Source: an uncultured delta proteobacterium (GTDB lineage Bacteria; Myxococcota_A; Polyangia; Polyangiales; Houyiibacteriaceae). From it: 64,000 bases of DNA. Under the pieces are notes generated by a model that saw only the letters and a program-made list of their open reading frames with translations, was not told the origin of the DNA and did no database searches. The stretch lies in the NCBI GenBank assembly GCA_963699755.1, contig CAVOVB010000001.1, positions 1,248,001 through 1,312,000 of the forward strand, in the 5' to 3' direction. A program made the translations under genes and the position numbers. Below are positions 19,956 to 29,797 of this stretch, in pieces; position 1 is the stretch's first letter, and each line of letters starts with the position of its first letter.

Positions 19956-21205
19956 CCGACGCATCTTCGCAATTGACCGGCGCGCGGTGCCGGTTCTGCA
20001 ATACACCGCTTCACTTCACCTTCGTCGACCTCGGCATGTCCCCGCTCTGTCAGACGGTCATTCGCGAAGAACAACGAAATCTGATGGAGCCCTTCTATCC
20101 GCTCCACACCTACGTCTGCGACGAGTGCTACCTCGTCCAGCTCGAAGAGTACGTGAAGCCCGCGGACATTTTCACAGAATACGCCTACTTTTCGGCGTAC
20201 TCGGACAGCTGGCTCTCTCATGCGAGCAACTACGTCGACATGATCTCCGAGCGGCTGGGGCTGGACGAGAAGTCGAGCGTCGTCGAGCTAGCGAGCAACG
20301 ACGGCTATCTTCTTCAATACTTCGTGAAGAAGGGCATCCCTGCGCTTGGCATCGAGCCCGCGGCCAACGTCGCCAAGGCGGCCGAGGAGCGCGGCGTGAC
20401 GACGATCGTCGAGTTCTTTGGTGCCGATCTGGCAAGCCGGCTCCGGTCGGAAGGAAAGAGCGCTAACCTTATTCTCGGGAACAACGTCCTCGCTCAGGTG
20501 CCTGACATCAACTCCTTCGTCGAAGGCATCAAGATCCTTCTCGCGCCGGGCGGAGTGGTGACCATCGAGTTCCCACACCTATTGAAGCTGATGAACGAGA
20601 ATCAGTTCGATACGATCTATCACGAGCACTTCTCATATTTCTCGTTTGCGACCACCTCCCGGATTTTCGCGGCGCACGGCATGGCGCTCTTCGACGTCGA
20701 TGAGCTTCCGACCCACGGCGGCTCGCTTCGCATTTACGGGCGCCATACGGACGACCACAGCAAGCCGATCACTGCGCGAGCCAAGGACCTCCTCGAGCGA
20801 GAGGCTGCCGCTGGTCTAGGAGGCCTCGACGCCTACCGACAGTTCCGCGAGCAGGTCGAAGCTACCAAGCGCGATCTTCTCGAGTTCCTCATCGAGAAGC
20901 GCCGTGAGGGCAAGTCGATCATTGGATACGGTGCACCGGGCAAGGGCAATACCCTCCTCAACTACTGCGGCATTCGGACCGACTTCCTCGAGTACACGGT
21001 GGATCGCAATCCGTACAAGCAAGGCACGTATCTTCCGGGGACCCACATTCCGGTGCACAAGCCCGAAAAGATCGCCGAGACCAAGCCAGACTACATCCTG
21101 ATTCTGCCTTGGAATCTCAAGGATGAGATTGCGGCCCAGCTCGCGTACACTGCGGCCTGGGGGTGCAAGATCGTCGTACCGATTCCTCGGGTGCAGGTTT
21201 TATGA
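19952..21205 (+). CDS. NDP-hexose C-methyltransferase (TylC3/NovU-like, Zn-binding N-terminus)
   Basis: CRFC...[41 protein letters not shown] overlap with the SDR gene. Confidence 0.9.
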   Translation: MTDASSQLTGARCRFCNTPLHFTFVDLGMSPLCQTVIREEQRNLMEPFYPLHTYVCDECYLVQLEEYVKPADIFTEYAYFSAYSDSWLSHASNYVDMISERLGLDEKSSVVELASNDGYLLQYFVKKGIPALGIEPAANVAKAAEERGVTTIVEFFGADLASRLRSEGKSANLILGNNVLAQVPDINSFVEGIKILLAPGGVVTIEFPHLLKLMNENQFDTIYHEHFSYFSFATTSRIFAAHGMALFDVDELPTHGGSLRIYGRHTDDHSKPITARAKDLLEREAAAGLGGLDAYRQFREQVEATKRDLLEFLIEKRREGKSIIGYGAPGKGNTLLNYCGIRTDFLEYTVDRNPYKQGTYLPGTHIPVHKPEKIAETKPDYILILPWNLKDEIAAQLAYTAAWGCKIVVPIPRVQVL

Positions 21206-21248
21206 AGACCGCGAAGCTCACCTTCAGGCCAGCATGGGGAGTCTCCCC

Positions 21249-22037
21249 ATGAAGGTGGTCTTGTTTTGTGGCGGGCAGGGCACGCGCCTTCGCGACTATT
21301 CCGAGAGCGTCCCGAAGCCCATGGTTCCCGTCGGGTATCGGCCCATCCTCTGGCACGTCATGAAGTACTACGCCCACTATGGGCACCGGGATTTCATTCT
21401 TGCGCTTGGCTACAAGGCCGATGTCATCAAGGACTTCTTCCTGAACTACAATGAGGCCGTGTCGAACGACTTCGTGCTCTACGAAGGCGGCAAGCGAATC
21501 GAGCTCGCGAACAGCGACATCGAGGACTGGACGATTACCTTCGTAGACACCGGGGCGAGCTCGAACATCGGTGAGCGGCTCTGGAGGGTGCGTTCGTACC
21601 TCCAAGACGAGGAGATGTTCATGGCTAATTACAGCGATGGCGTCACTGATCTTCCGCTCGCCGACTATGTCGACGAGTTCAAGAAGCGCGACAAGGTCGG
21701 AAGTTTCGTCGCGGTTCGCCCTCCGGGCAGCTACCACGTCATTCAGATCAGCGAGGAGGGTGAAGTTTCGGGGATTCAGCCGATCATCGACACCGGCGCC
21801 TGGATCAACGGCGGCTATTTCATCTTCAGAAAAGAGATCTTCGACTACATGCGGCCCGGTGAAGAGCTGGTCGAGAAGCCCTTCCTTCGACTCATCGAAG
21901 ACGGGCAACTTATGGCGCATCGCCACCAGGGATTCTGGGCTCCCATGGACACCTTCAAGGACAAGCAGCGGCTCGACGAGCTCAACCGCAGTGGGGAAGC
22001 GCCTTGGCAGGTTTGGCTGCGCAACGACGAATCTTGA
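21249..22037 (+). CDS. rfbF: Glucose-1-phosphate cytidylyltransferase
   Basis: MKVVLFCGGQGTRLR, PKPMVPVG, LWHVMKYY, INGGYF, GFWAPMDTFKD. Confidence 0.85.
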   Translation: MKVVLFCGGQGTRLRDYSESVPKPMVPVGYRPILWHVMKYYAHYGHRDFILALGYKADVIKDFFLNYNEAVSNDFVLYEGGKRIELANSDIEDWTITFVDTGASSNIGERLWRVRSYLQDEEMFMANYSDGVTDLPLADYVDEFKKRDKVGSFVAVRPPGSYHVIQISEEGEVSGIQPIIDTGAWINGGYFIFRKEIFDYMRPGEELVEKPFLRLIEDGQLMAHRHQGFWAPMDTFKDKQRLDELNRSGEAPWQVWLRNDES

Positions 22038-22055
22038 AGAGAGGACGAGCCGCCT

Positions 22056-22715
22056 GTGCAAGAATTATCGCTGCCGACCTCGAGCCCAACCATCCTCTGC
22101 CTCGGCGCGCACAGCGACGACATCGAGATAGGCTGTGGAGGCTCACTCGTTCGCTTGCTCGGCAAGATGCCGGGGGCTTCGGTTCACTGGGTGGTCTTCA
22201 GCGCCGAAGGCAACAGGGCCGATGAGGCACGTCACGGCGCAAAGGTCTTTGCCGGAGAGCGGCTCGACTCGATCGAGCTCCACTCCTTTCGTGACGGCTT
22301 CTTCCCAGATGTCTTTGGCGCGATTAAAGAGCGCTTCGCGGCCCTTCAAAAGGCCGTGGACCCAGACTTGATCTTCACGACCTGGCGCCGGGACCTGCAC
22401 CAGGATCATCGGATGGTTTCCGAGCTCACCTCTCAGACGTTTCGCAATCATCTAATTCTCGAATACGAGATCAGCAAGTACGATGGCGACCTGGGCTCGC
22501 CCAACGTCTACGTGCGACTCGACACCGAGGAGGCCGACCGAAAGATCGAGAACCTGATGACGGTCTTCGCCTCCCAGCGCGACAAGTACTGGTTCAGCAG
22601 GGAGACCTTTGCTGCGCTCATGCGCGTGCGAGGCGTCGAATGTCGCGCGGCGAGTGGCTATGCCGAAGCTTTCTATGGGCACAAGCTCGTTTTTGGCGCT
22701 GGCTCCCCGCTATGA
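22056..22715 (+). CDS. PIG-L/LmbE family deacetylase
   Basis: GAHSDDIEIGCGG (HxDD), DLHQDH, YAEAF; GTG start. Confidence 0.85.
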   Translation: MQELSLPTSSPTILCLGAHSDDIEIGCGGSLVRLLGKMPGASVHWVVFSAEGNRADEARHGAKVFAGERLDSIELHSFRDGFFPDVFGAIKERFAALQKAVDPDLIFTTWRRDLHQDHRMVSELTSQTFRNHLILEYEISKYDGDLGSPNVYVRLDTEEADRKIENLMTVFASQRDKYWFSRETFAALMRVRGVECRAASGYAEAFYGHKLVFGAGSPL

Positions 22716-23881
22716 CTGGCAAGTGTTGGAGTTGCGGCAGAGCCGATCCCCAGCCGTTCTATCGCCTAGAGAGAATTCCAATCTCGAGCTGCGTCTTGCT
22801 CGACTCCCAGGCCGAGGCGCGTGGCTTTCCCAGAGGTGAGCTCGAGCTCGCCTTCTGCGAAGGCTGCGGCTTCATCCAGAACAGCCTCTTCGATCCAGCG
22901 CTCCTCGACTACAGCCAGGACTACGAAGAGAGCCAGGGCTTTTCCCCGACATTCGGTACCTTTGCACAGGGGCTCGTGGACCGACTGGTCGAGCGTTACG
23001 ACATTGCTGGCAAGAAGGTGTTCGAGATCGGGTGCGGCAAAGGCGATTTTCTGTCCTTGCTTTGCAAGACCGGGCAGAACCGAGGCCTCGGAATCGATCC
23101 AGGTTACCGCGCAGGCCGTCTGGCTCCCGAGATCGACGCCAAGGTCATCGCGGAGCTCTTTACCGAGCCAGGGCCCGAGCTGACTGGAGATCTGATCTGC
23201 TGCCGGCACACGCTCGAACACATCCAGCCCGTGGGCGAGTTCCTGAGCTTGGTTCGCAAGTCGGCCGAGCAAACCGTCGGGTCCGTCACGTTCTTCGAAG
23301 TCCCCGACACGTGGCGCATCTTGCAAGAGGGCGCGTTCTGGGACGTGTACTACGAACACTGCTCGTACTTCACACTCGGCTCCCTCGGTCGACTCTTTCG
23401 CAGAACCGGTTTCGACTTGGCTTCACTTCGAACCGGCTATGGCGATCAGTACTTGCTCCTCGAGGCAAAGATCAGCGATGGTCGGTCATCGAATGCATTT
23501 CCCGGCGAAGACGACTCGGAAGCCGTTCGGTCCGCGGTTCGTTCTTTCGTCGAGACGACACGAGAAGCGATGCGCGGATGGGACCGCCGTCTTTCAGAGA
23601 CTGCGGCTTCTGGAAAGAAGATCGTCATCTGGGGGGCGAGCTCTAAGGGTGTGGCATTCCTGACCAGCCTGGAGTCGGGCGGTACCGTGGAGTACGCCGT
23701 CGACATCAATCCTTACAAGCAGGGCCGGTTCATGCCCGGCGCAGGCCAGGAAATCGTCGGACCCTCCTTTTTGAAGGACTACGCCCCTGACCTGGTCGTC
23801 GTGATGAATTCGATCTACCTCGAGGAAATCCGAGGCGATCTAGCGAAGTTGGGGCTTAAACCCGAGATGCTTGCGGTCTAG
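22712..23881 (+). CDS. SAM-dependent C-methyltransferase-like protein (paralogue 2)
   Basis: CWSC...CEGC, EIGCGKG, RHTLEH, YYEHCSYF, WGASSKG; ATGA overlap with PIG-L gene. Confidence 0.85.
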   Translation: MTGKCWSCGRADPQPFYRLERIPISSCVLLDSQAEARGFPRGELELAFCEGCGFIQNSLFDPALLDYSQDYEESQGFSPTFGTFAQGLVDRLVERYDIAGKKVFEIGCGKGDFLSLLCKTGQNRGLGIDPGYRAGRLAPEIDAKVIAELFTEPGPELTGDLICCRHTLEHIQPVGEFLSLVRKSAEQTVGSVTFFEVPDTWRILQEGAFWDVYYEHCSYFTLGSLGRLFRRTGFDLASLRTGYGDQYLLLEAKISDGRSSNAFPGEDDSEAVRSAVRSFVETTREAMRGWDRRLSETAASGKKIVIWGASSKGVAFLTSLESGGTVEYAVDINPYKQGRFMPGAGQEIVGPSFLKDYAPDLVVVMNSIYLEEIRGDLAKLGLKPEMLAV

Positions 23882-23950
23882 CGCCCCGCTGGCCGCCACT
23901 CTGTGGCCGACTGCGCCGCGGACTGTTAACTTGAACCTGAAAGCGAGCCA

Positions 23951-25159
23951 ATGGAAAGCACCCGTTCCTCAGCAGAAGGCCATCGCGCGCCAACGGCCAT
24001 CGTGCAATGCCCGGCATGTGGGTCCAGGCAGCTCACGCCGTTCCACAGCATGCAGAGCATTCCGGCTCTGAGTTGCACCATTTGGGACAGCGCCGAAGAG
24101 GCGAGAAGTTGCCCGCAAGGCGACATCGACTTGGCGCTTTGCCAAACCTGCGCCTTGCTTCTGAACACCGCATTCGACCCCGAGCTTCTCCATTACGACG
24201 AGGCGTACGAAGCATCCCTGCACCACTCACCGCTGTTCACGCGCTACGCCGAGGAGCTGGCCCAAGGTCTCATCGAACGATACGACCTCCACCAAAAGGT
24301 GGTTCTCGAAATCGGCTGTGGCAAAGGGGCGTTCCTCAAGATGCTGGTCGAGATGGGGAACAACCGGGGACTCGGCTTCGATCCCAGTTACGACCCGGAG
24401 CCCGGCGAGGTGCCAGACGAGCGGATCACCTTCGTGAAAGAGTTCTATACCGAATCGCATCTCGACATCGCTCCAGATTTGGTCATCGCACGGCAGCTGC
24501 TCGAGCACGTGGAAGAGCCCTTCGAGTTCTTGACCGGGCTAAGACGCACGCTCGGCGATAGGCACGAGACCATCGTGGTGTTCGAGGTCCCGAACGCACT
24601 CGACATGCTCCAGCGTGCTGATCTCTGGGATGTCATTTACGAGCACCCCATCTACTTTACTCCGCTGGCGCTCGATAGGCTTCTCCGCTCTGCCGGCTTC
24701 GACGTGCATCGCGTACGACCGGGCTACGAAGGGCTTTTTCTGATCATCGAGGCGTCGCCGAGCGCCGAGCCTCCCAAGCCGCAGGAAGCGGTCGGGCACC
24801 TCGTGAAGGACGAAGTCGAGGGTTTCGCCGCTGCTTACACAGAGCGCGTGAGACGCTGGGGGCAGCGCCTCGGGGAGATCAAGAGAAAGGGGCAGCGCGC
24901 CGTCCTCTGGGGAGCCGGCGCCCGTGGCGATACTTTCCTCAACGCGATTGGCATTCGCGAGGAGATTCCCTTGGTGGTGGACCTCAACCCGCGCAAGTGG
25001 GGCAAGCACATGGCCGGCACCGGCCAAGAGATCCAATCGCCCGAAACCTTGAAGGCCAACCCGCCTCAGGTCGTCGTGATCGCCAACGAGATCTACAAAG
25101 ACGAAATCGGCAAGAGCCTTCGCGAGATGGGGATCGACGCGGAGATCCTGGTCGCCTAG
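23951..25159 (+). CDS. SAM-dependent C-methyltransferase-like protein (paralogue 3)
   Basis: CPAC...CQTC, EIGCGKG, IYEHPIYF, WGAGARG. Confidence 0.85.
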   Translation: MESTRSSAEGHRAPTAIVQCPACGSRQLTPFHSMQSIPALSCTIWDSAEEARSCPQGDIDLALCQTCALLLNTAFDPELLHYDEAYEASLHHSPLFTRYAEELAQGLIERYDLHQKVVLEIGCGKGAFLKMLVEMGNNRGLGFDPSYDPEPGEVPDERITFVKEFYTESHLDIAPDLVIARQLLEHVEEPFEFLTGLRRTLGDRHETIVVFEVPNALDMLQRADLWDVIYEHPIYFTPLALDRLLRSAGFDVHRVRPGYEGLFLIIEASPSAEPPKPQEAVGHLVKDEVEGFAAAYTERVRRWGQRLGEIKRKGQRAVLWGAGARGDTFLNAIGIREEIPLVVDLNPRKWGKHMAGTGQEIQSPETLKANPPQVVVIANEIYKDEIGKSLREMGIDAEILVA

Positions 25160-25161
25160 CG

Positions 25162-26238
25162 ATGCTCTTTTTCTGGACACCGGACAACGCGATCCCTATC
25201 GGTGGAGTCAAGCAGATCTACCGTCATGTCGAGATCCTCGGACGAGCCGGTATCGAGGCGCGCGTCTTGCACACACGGCCGGGCTTCGCGTGCACCTGGT
25301 TCGAGCACAGCGCGCCCATGGCGTACCTGGGGGAATCTGCCCTAGGCCGCGTTCGCCGTGAGGTCTGGTTCGGCGTCCACCGCTCGGCTCCACCGGCAGA
25401 TTTGAATCTCTTCGATGGCCGCAAGATCAAGCTTGCCGATGGTCGCGGCTCGTACCGTAACCATCGGCTGAGCAGCTCGGATGTCCTGGTCATGCCGGAA
25501 TACCTCGGCGCATCTCTCGCCCATGCCGACATCCGTCTGCCGATGGTCATCTTCAACCAAAACGTGCACGGGACCTTTTGGGGCTACGGTTTCGGTGAGA
25601 ATGCGGGCAACAGCGTGTATAGACGCCCCAACGTGCTCGGTGCCGTCGTGGTGTCCGAGCACAATCGGCGGTACCTAGAATACGCCTTCGAGGGCCTCGA
25701 GGTTCACCGGGTAGTCAACGGCGTCGATTCGGCCTTGTTTCACCCGAACGACTCGCCCCGGCGCAGGCAGGTCAGTTTCATGCCGCGAAAGAAACCTCAA
25801 CATCTCGAGCAGCTGATCAACATTCTCGCGAATCGCGGCACCTTGCGCGGCTGGGAATTGGCTCCAATCGATGGTCTGGACGAAGCCGGCGTAGCCGACA
25901 TTCTTCGGCACGCCTTCGTCTTCCTCAGCACCTCTTATGAAGAAGGTTTCGGATTGCCTCCGGTCGAAGCGGGGATGGCGGGCTGCCTGGTGGTTGGGTA
26001 CACGGGCAGTGCCGGCGACGAGTACTTCGAAGAAGGTCTTTGCGAGCGGGTCGATCAAGACGATATCCTCGGCTTCGCTCAGGCCGTCGAACGAACGCTT
26101 TCCTATGTGGAAGCCGACGAGGCAGGAGCAATCGAACGGGGCCTCGCGTTTTCCAAGTTCTTGAGTGGGCGCTATTCCCTCGAGCGCGAAGTCGAGACGG
26201 TCCTGGCCGCCTGGCAGGCACTTCTCGAAAGGCGCTGA
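25162..26238 (+). CDS. Glycosyltransferase family 4 (GT-B)
   Basis: GGVKQIY at N-terminus, EEGFGLPPVEA motif; ATG 2 nt after the upstream stop. Confidence 0.8.
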   Translation: MLFFWTPDNAIPIGGVKQIYRHVEILGRAGIEARVLHTRPGFACTWFEHSAPMAYLGESALGRVRREVWFGVHRSAPPADLNLFDGRKIKLADGRGSYRNHRLSSSDVLVMPEYLGASLAHADIRLPMVIFNQNVHGTFWGYGFGENAGNSVYRRPNVLGAVVVSEHNRRYLEYAFEGLEVHRVVNGVDSALFHPNDSPRRRQVSFMPRKKPQHLEQLINILANRGTLRGWELAPIDGLDEAGVADILRHAFVFLSTSYEEGFGLPPVEAGMAGCLVVGYTGSAGDEYFEEGLCERVDQDDILGFAQAVERTLSYVEADEAGAIERGLAFSKFLSGRYSLEREVETVLAAWQALLERR

Positions 26239-26254
26239 AGCCGGGCCCTGCTCT

Positions 26255-27619
26255 TCAGCGGGGCCGGACACGAAGCGGTAGGTTGTCGAGCGGCCTCGTG
26301 AACGGAAAGTGCTGCAACTTCGCGGGGAAATAGTTCTCCTCGGCGAACTCGATTCGATACTTCCCGATGAGCTCGCGGAAAGTGATCAGGAAGAGCATGC
26401 GCGCGAAATGCATCCCGATGCACTTGTGCGCGCCGCCTCCGAAGGGTACCCACATGAAGTTGTGCTTCCGGTGCTCGGCCACCTCTTCGGAGAAACGCAA
26501 TGGGTCGAAGCGGTCCGGATCCTTCCACCAATCCGGAAGACGGTGGATGTAGTTCCCCGGGATGCAGACCATCGTGTCGGCCGGCACACGCAGCTCTCCA
26601 ATCTGGCACTCGCGAATCGTGCGCCTGAGAAACAGCGGCACCGGCGGGTGCATTCGAATGGTCTCATAGAATACGCAAATCAACTCGTTCACCGAATGGA
26701 ACACGGTTTCGAAGCTGAGCTCCTCGGGCCAGGAGGAGACCTCGGCTGCGAGTCGACCTTGAAGCGCCTGGTCGTTGCTCAAGTAGTAGGCCGCCATGGT
26801 CGAGGCGCTCGTCGTCGTGTCATGCGCGGCCAACATGAGGAAAACCATGTGGTCTGCAATGTCCTCGTCGTCGTAGTAGTTGCCGTCTTCCGTTTTCTCC
26901 TTGCAGAAGTGCGCAAAGACATCCTGGTCGTCGGACGCTCGCTTCTTCTCCACCAAGTCCATGAAGAAGCTCTTGAGATAGCGACGGCCTTCGAGGCCCC
27001 GGTGGTACTGGAACCCCGGGATGTCTAATCGGACGATGCCGAGCGCTCCCTCCATCATGTCGGTGAAGGCGCGGTTGATCTTTGGAACCGTGCTCTCCGA
27101 ATCTTCGACCCAACAAAACACGTTGAACGCGATCTCGAGAAGCAGCCGTTTCATTTCTTCATAGAAGAGGATGCTATCGCGGGCAGCCCATCGCGCGACC
27201 GTCGTTTCGGCGATCGCCTGAATCTTCGTCGCGTACTCGCGCATGGCGGGCGGCTTGAACGAGCTCTGCATGATGCCCCGATGCAGGCGATGCTCCTCGT
27301 AGTCACGCATGACCAGGCCGCCTTGAAAGAAGTCGGCCATCACCGATTGCCAACCCATCTTGGTCGAGAAGTTCTTCTCGCGATCCATCAGCACCCGCTG
27401 CACATGATCGGGGTGCAGCAGCAGCACGCACTTGTTGCCGGTGATCGAAATGCGACTGACCGGTCCGTACTTCTCGTAGTAGTGAGAAAAGAGTGACTGG
27501 GGGTCATGAAACATCGCCAGGGTCTTGCCGACGAAGGGCCAGCCGTATTCGCCCTGCAGGTGGCTGAGGTCACGATTGGCCGGGCGCTGGTCGTAGGGAA
27601 GCTCGGAAGCACTGTCCAT
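26255..27619 (-). CDS. Cytochrome P450
   Basis: AAHDTT I-helix, ETIR (ExxR), FDPLRF, heme motif FGGGAHKCIG. Confidence 0.95.
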   Translation of the reverse strand: MDSASELPYDQRPANRDLSHLQGEYGWPFVGKTLAMFHDPQSLFSHYYEKYGPVSRISITGNKCVLLLHPDHVQRVLMDREKNFSTKMGWQSVMADFFQGGLVMRDYEEHRLHRGIMQSSFKPPAMREYATKIQAIAETTVARWAARDSILFYEEMKRLLLEIAFNVFCWVEDSESTVPKINRAFTDMMEGALGIVRLDIPGFQYHRGLEGRRYLKSFFMDLVEKKRASDDQDVFAHFCKEKTEDGNYYDDEDIADHMVFLMLAAHDTTTSASTMAAYYLSNDQALQGRLAAEVSSWPEELSFETVFHSVNELICVFYETIRMHPPVPLFLRRTIRECQIGELRVPADTMVCIPGNYIHRLPDWWKDPDRFDPLRFSEEVAEHRKHNFMWVPFGGGAHKCIGMHFARMLFLITFRELIGKYRIEFAEENYFPAKLQHFPFTRPLDNLPLRVRPR

Positions 27620-27623
27620 CCCT

Positions 27624-27655
27624 CAAGTATACGGTTTGTAAACTTGCGAGGGCAA
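27624..27655 (-). promoter_or_regulatory. sigma70-type promoter TTGCCC-N18-TATACT, 6 nt before the P450 ATG, overlapped by the palindrome CAAGTATAC-N5-GTAAACTTG
   Basis: -10 hexamer at 27626-27631 and -35 at 27650-27655 (minus strand); 8/9 inverted repeat at 27624-27646. Confidence 0.5.
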
Positions 27656-27695
27656 GTCGGAAAACGTGCATTCTGTGCTCCGGCGGGCTCTGCTC

Positions 27696-28256
27696 CTAGC
27701 CGTGCTGCGCGAGTGAAGCCCTACCTTCCAAGGGAAGACCGACCGCAAACGCCCCTGGCAGCTGGCGTTCATCGAAGCGCGCGGCGCGCCGGGTGATCAG
27801 CTTGCCCTCGAGTTGAAGTGGACCAAAGCCCGCTGGGCGAGCGAAGCCGGTGCCGATCCTGGGTCTATGTCGTTCTCTCGGGCTGAGCGCTTGTGCCTGT
27901 CCGCTGGGGTCGACGACATAGGCCAGACTGTCACCGACCGATGCCCCCATCACCACGCCCTGCTGGACGAGCATGACCAGCGCACTGGTTTCCCCCGCAT
28001 CAGGGTCGCCCAGCACGGCATGGTCGATGCCCTCTAGCAGCATCACCCAACCTCGGGGATCTTGAGGAAGGGCGCCGCTGCGGAAGCACCGGGCGAGCTC
28101 GGTGACGGTTCGCGCCGCAGCCGCCTGCGCGGCGTCGCGCGAGTCCACCCCATCTGCGAGCGCGATCAAAGTTCGATGTGCGTCCCTCAGCACGCAGAGC
28201 CGATCGTGGCTCGTGTCGTGGCTCGGTCGTTGCGATGCGCTGATTTCGAGTTTCAT
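27696..28256 (-). CDS. PP2C/PPM-family phosphatase-like protein lacking the C-terminal metal-binding motifs
   Basis: SHD, IALADG, GETS and SVGDS motifs present; no downstream DG or DN/DD motifs. Confidence 0.6.
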   Translation of the reverse strand: MKLEISASQRPSHDTSHDRLCVLRDAHRTLIALADGVDSRDAAQAAAARTVTELARCFRSGALPQDPRGWVMLLEGIDHAVLGDPDAGETSALVMLVQQGVVMGASVGDSLAYVVDPSGQAQALSPRERHRPRIGTGFARPAGFGPLQLEGKLITRRAARFDERQLPGAFAVGLPLEGRASLAQHG

Positions 28257-28335
28257 TTGGGCCCCCACTTGATTGCTTGTACTGACAGCAACAGGGCGCG
28301 GTTGGGCGCTATTCTCGCTCCGTACACCAAAGTAC

Positions 28336-28352
28336 ATTGCCAAGTTGGCAAT
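28336..28352. promoter_or_regulatory. Perfect operator-like palindrome ATTGCCAA-G-TTGGCAAT
   Basis: 8-bp perfect arms in the intergenic region between divergent PP2C-like and MFS genes. Confidence 0.5.
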
Positions 28353-28445
28353 TCGAGCCCTGGGTCGCGCAAGCCCCTGGGGTTTGGCGCTTTTTCAGAG
28401 CTCGTGAGTTATGGTCCCCCCTGATGTCGTTCGGGATCCTCTCCA

Positions 28446-29756
28446 ATGTCTAAACGCCCAACCTTGCGCGACGTCCTCAAACGCAAACCCGTCGTCGCCT
28501 GGGCCCTCTACGACTGGGCGAATTCCGCGTTCGCAACGACGGTCATGGCTGGCTTCTTCCCCGTCTTCTACGGTGCGATCAGTCAGGAGCTCAGCACCGA
28601 GGACTCCCAGTTCTGGTTCAACGTCACCTTGGCGGCGGCGAGCGTGCTCATCGCCGTCTTCGCTCCAATCCTCGGCGCCGTCGCCGACCGGGGCGGTTCG
28701 CGAAAAAAAATCCTCGTCTTCTTCGCGAGCATCGGCATCCTCATGACCGCCGGTTTGGCCTGGGTGCACGCCGGACACTGGTGGATGGGTTTGCTGCTCT
28801 ACGGCCTCGGGACGGTCGGCTTTTCCGGCGCCAACGTCTTCTACGATTCCATGTTGGTCGACGTCGCCGACGAGACGGAGCTCGATCTGATTTCAGCGCT
28901 CGGCTACTCGTTGGGCTACATCGGCGGCGGTCTCTTGTTCGCGCTCAACGTGCTCATGGCGCAGAAACCCGAATGGTTCGGCTTTGAAAATGCGGGCAGC
29001 GCAGTCAAGGCGTCGTTTCTGAGCGTCTCCCTTTGGTGGGCGATCTTCACCGTACCTTTGCTTCGCTTCGTGGACGAGACCCCAACCGAGGATCGGGTAG
29101 CGGCCCTCGAATCGATTCGCGCGGGCCTCCGACAGCTGCGAGACACGCTCAAAGAGATCCGCAGCTTCAAGGTCTTGGTACTCTTCCTCGTTGCATACTG
29201 GATTTACATCGACGGCGTGAACACCGTCATCAAGACCGCGGTGTTCTTTGGAGACCGGGTTCTGGGCCTCGAGCAAGGGGCTCTGATCACCGCGTTGCTC
29301 TTGACGCAGTTCGTTGCTTTCCCGGCAGCGCTCGGATTCGGCTGGCTCGGCCAACGGATCGGTGCGAAGCCAGGCATCTTGATTGGCATCGCCGTCTACC
29401 TCGCAGCCCTGGTTTACGCCTGGCGCTTCCTCGAAGACGAAAGCGATTTCTACGTGCTCGCCGTCGCGATCGGATTGGTTCAAGGTGGTGTGCAAAGTTT
29501 GTCGCGCTCGCTTTATGCCCGCCTCGTGCCGCCCTCGAAAACAGCCGAGTTCTTCGGCTTCTTCAACATGGTGGGGAAGTTCGCGACGCTCTTCGGCCCT
29601 CTGCTGATCGCCTTCACACCGATGATCATCCCTCGGTCCAGTGAACGCGACGGGATCTTTTCGCTCACTCTTCTGTTCCTCGTAGGTGGTTTCCTGCTAA
29701 GTCGCGTACGGGTAGCGGAAGGTGTAGAGGCGGCCCAGGCTTTCGATCAGAAGTGA
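28446..29756 (+). CDS. MFS transporter, UMF1/ATG22-like family
   Basis: WALYDWANSAF, APILGAVADRGG, GYSLGYIGG, QSLSRSLYARL, EFFGFFN. Confidence 0.9.
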   Translation: MSKRPTLRDVLKRKPVVAWALYDWANSAFATTVMAGFFPVFYGAISQELSTEDSQFWFNVTLAAASVLIAVFAPILGAVADRGGSRKKILVFFASIGILMTAGLAWVHAGHWWMGLLLYGLGTVGFSGANVFYDSMLVDVADETELDLISALGYSLGYIGGGLLFALNVLMAQKPEWFGFENAGSAVKASFLSVSLWWAIFTVPLLRFVDETPTEDRVAALESIRAGLRQLRDTLKEIRSFKVLVLFLVAYWIYIDGVNTVIKTAVFFGDRVLGLEQGALITALLLTQFVAFPAALGFGWLGQRIGAKPGILIGIAVYLAALVYAWRFLEDESDFYVLAVAIGLVQGGVQSLSRSLYARLVPPSKTAEFFGFFNMVGKFATLFGPLLIAFTPMIIPRSSERDGIFSLTLLFLVGGFLLSRVRVAEGVEAAQAFDQK

Positions 29757-29797
29757 TGCGCAAGCTTTGCGCGAGCTAGGCATGATAAAAATTACGT

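Noticed and set aside
18891..27619. Sugar genes plus P450 as an antibiotic biosynthetic cluster
   Set aside because: No PKS, NRPS or RiPP core. The P450 is convergent with its own promoter, and Wzx with GT2/GT4 points to a surface glycan.
29758..29772. GCGCAA-GCT-TTGCGC hairpin after the MFS gene
   Set aside because: Only a 6-bp stem with no U tract; cannot be supported as a terminator or operator.
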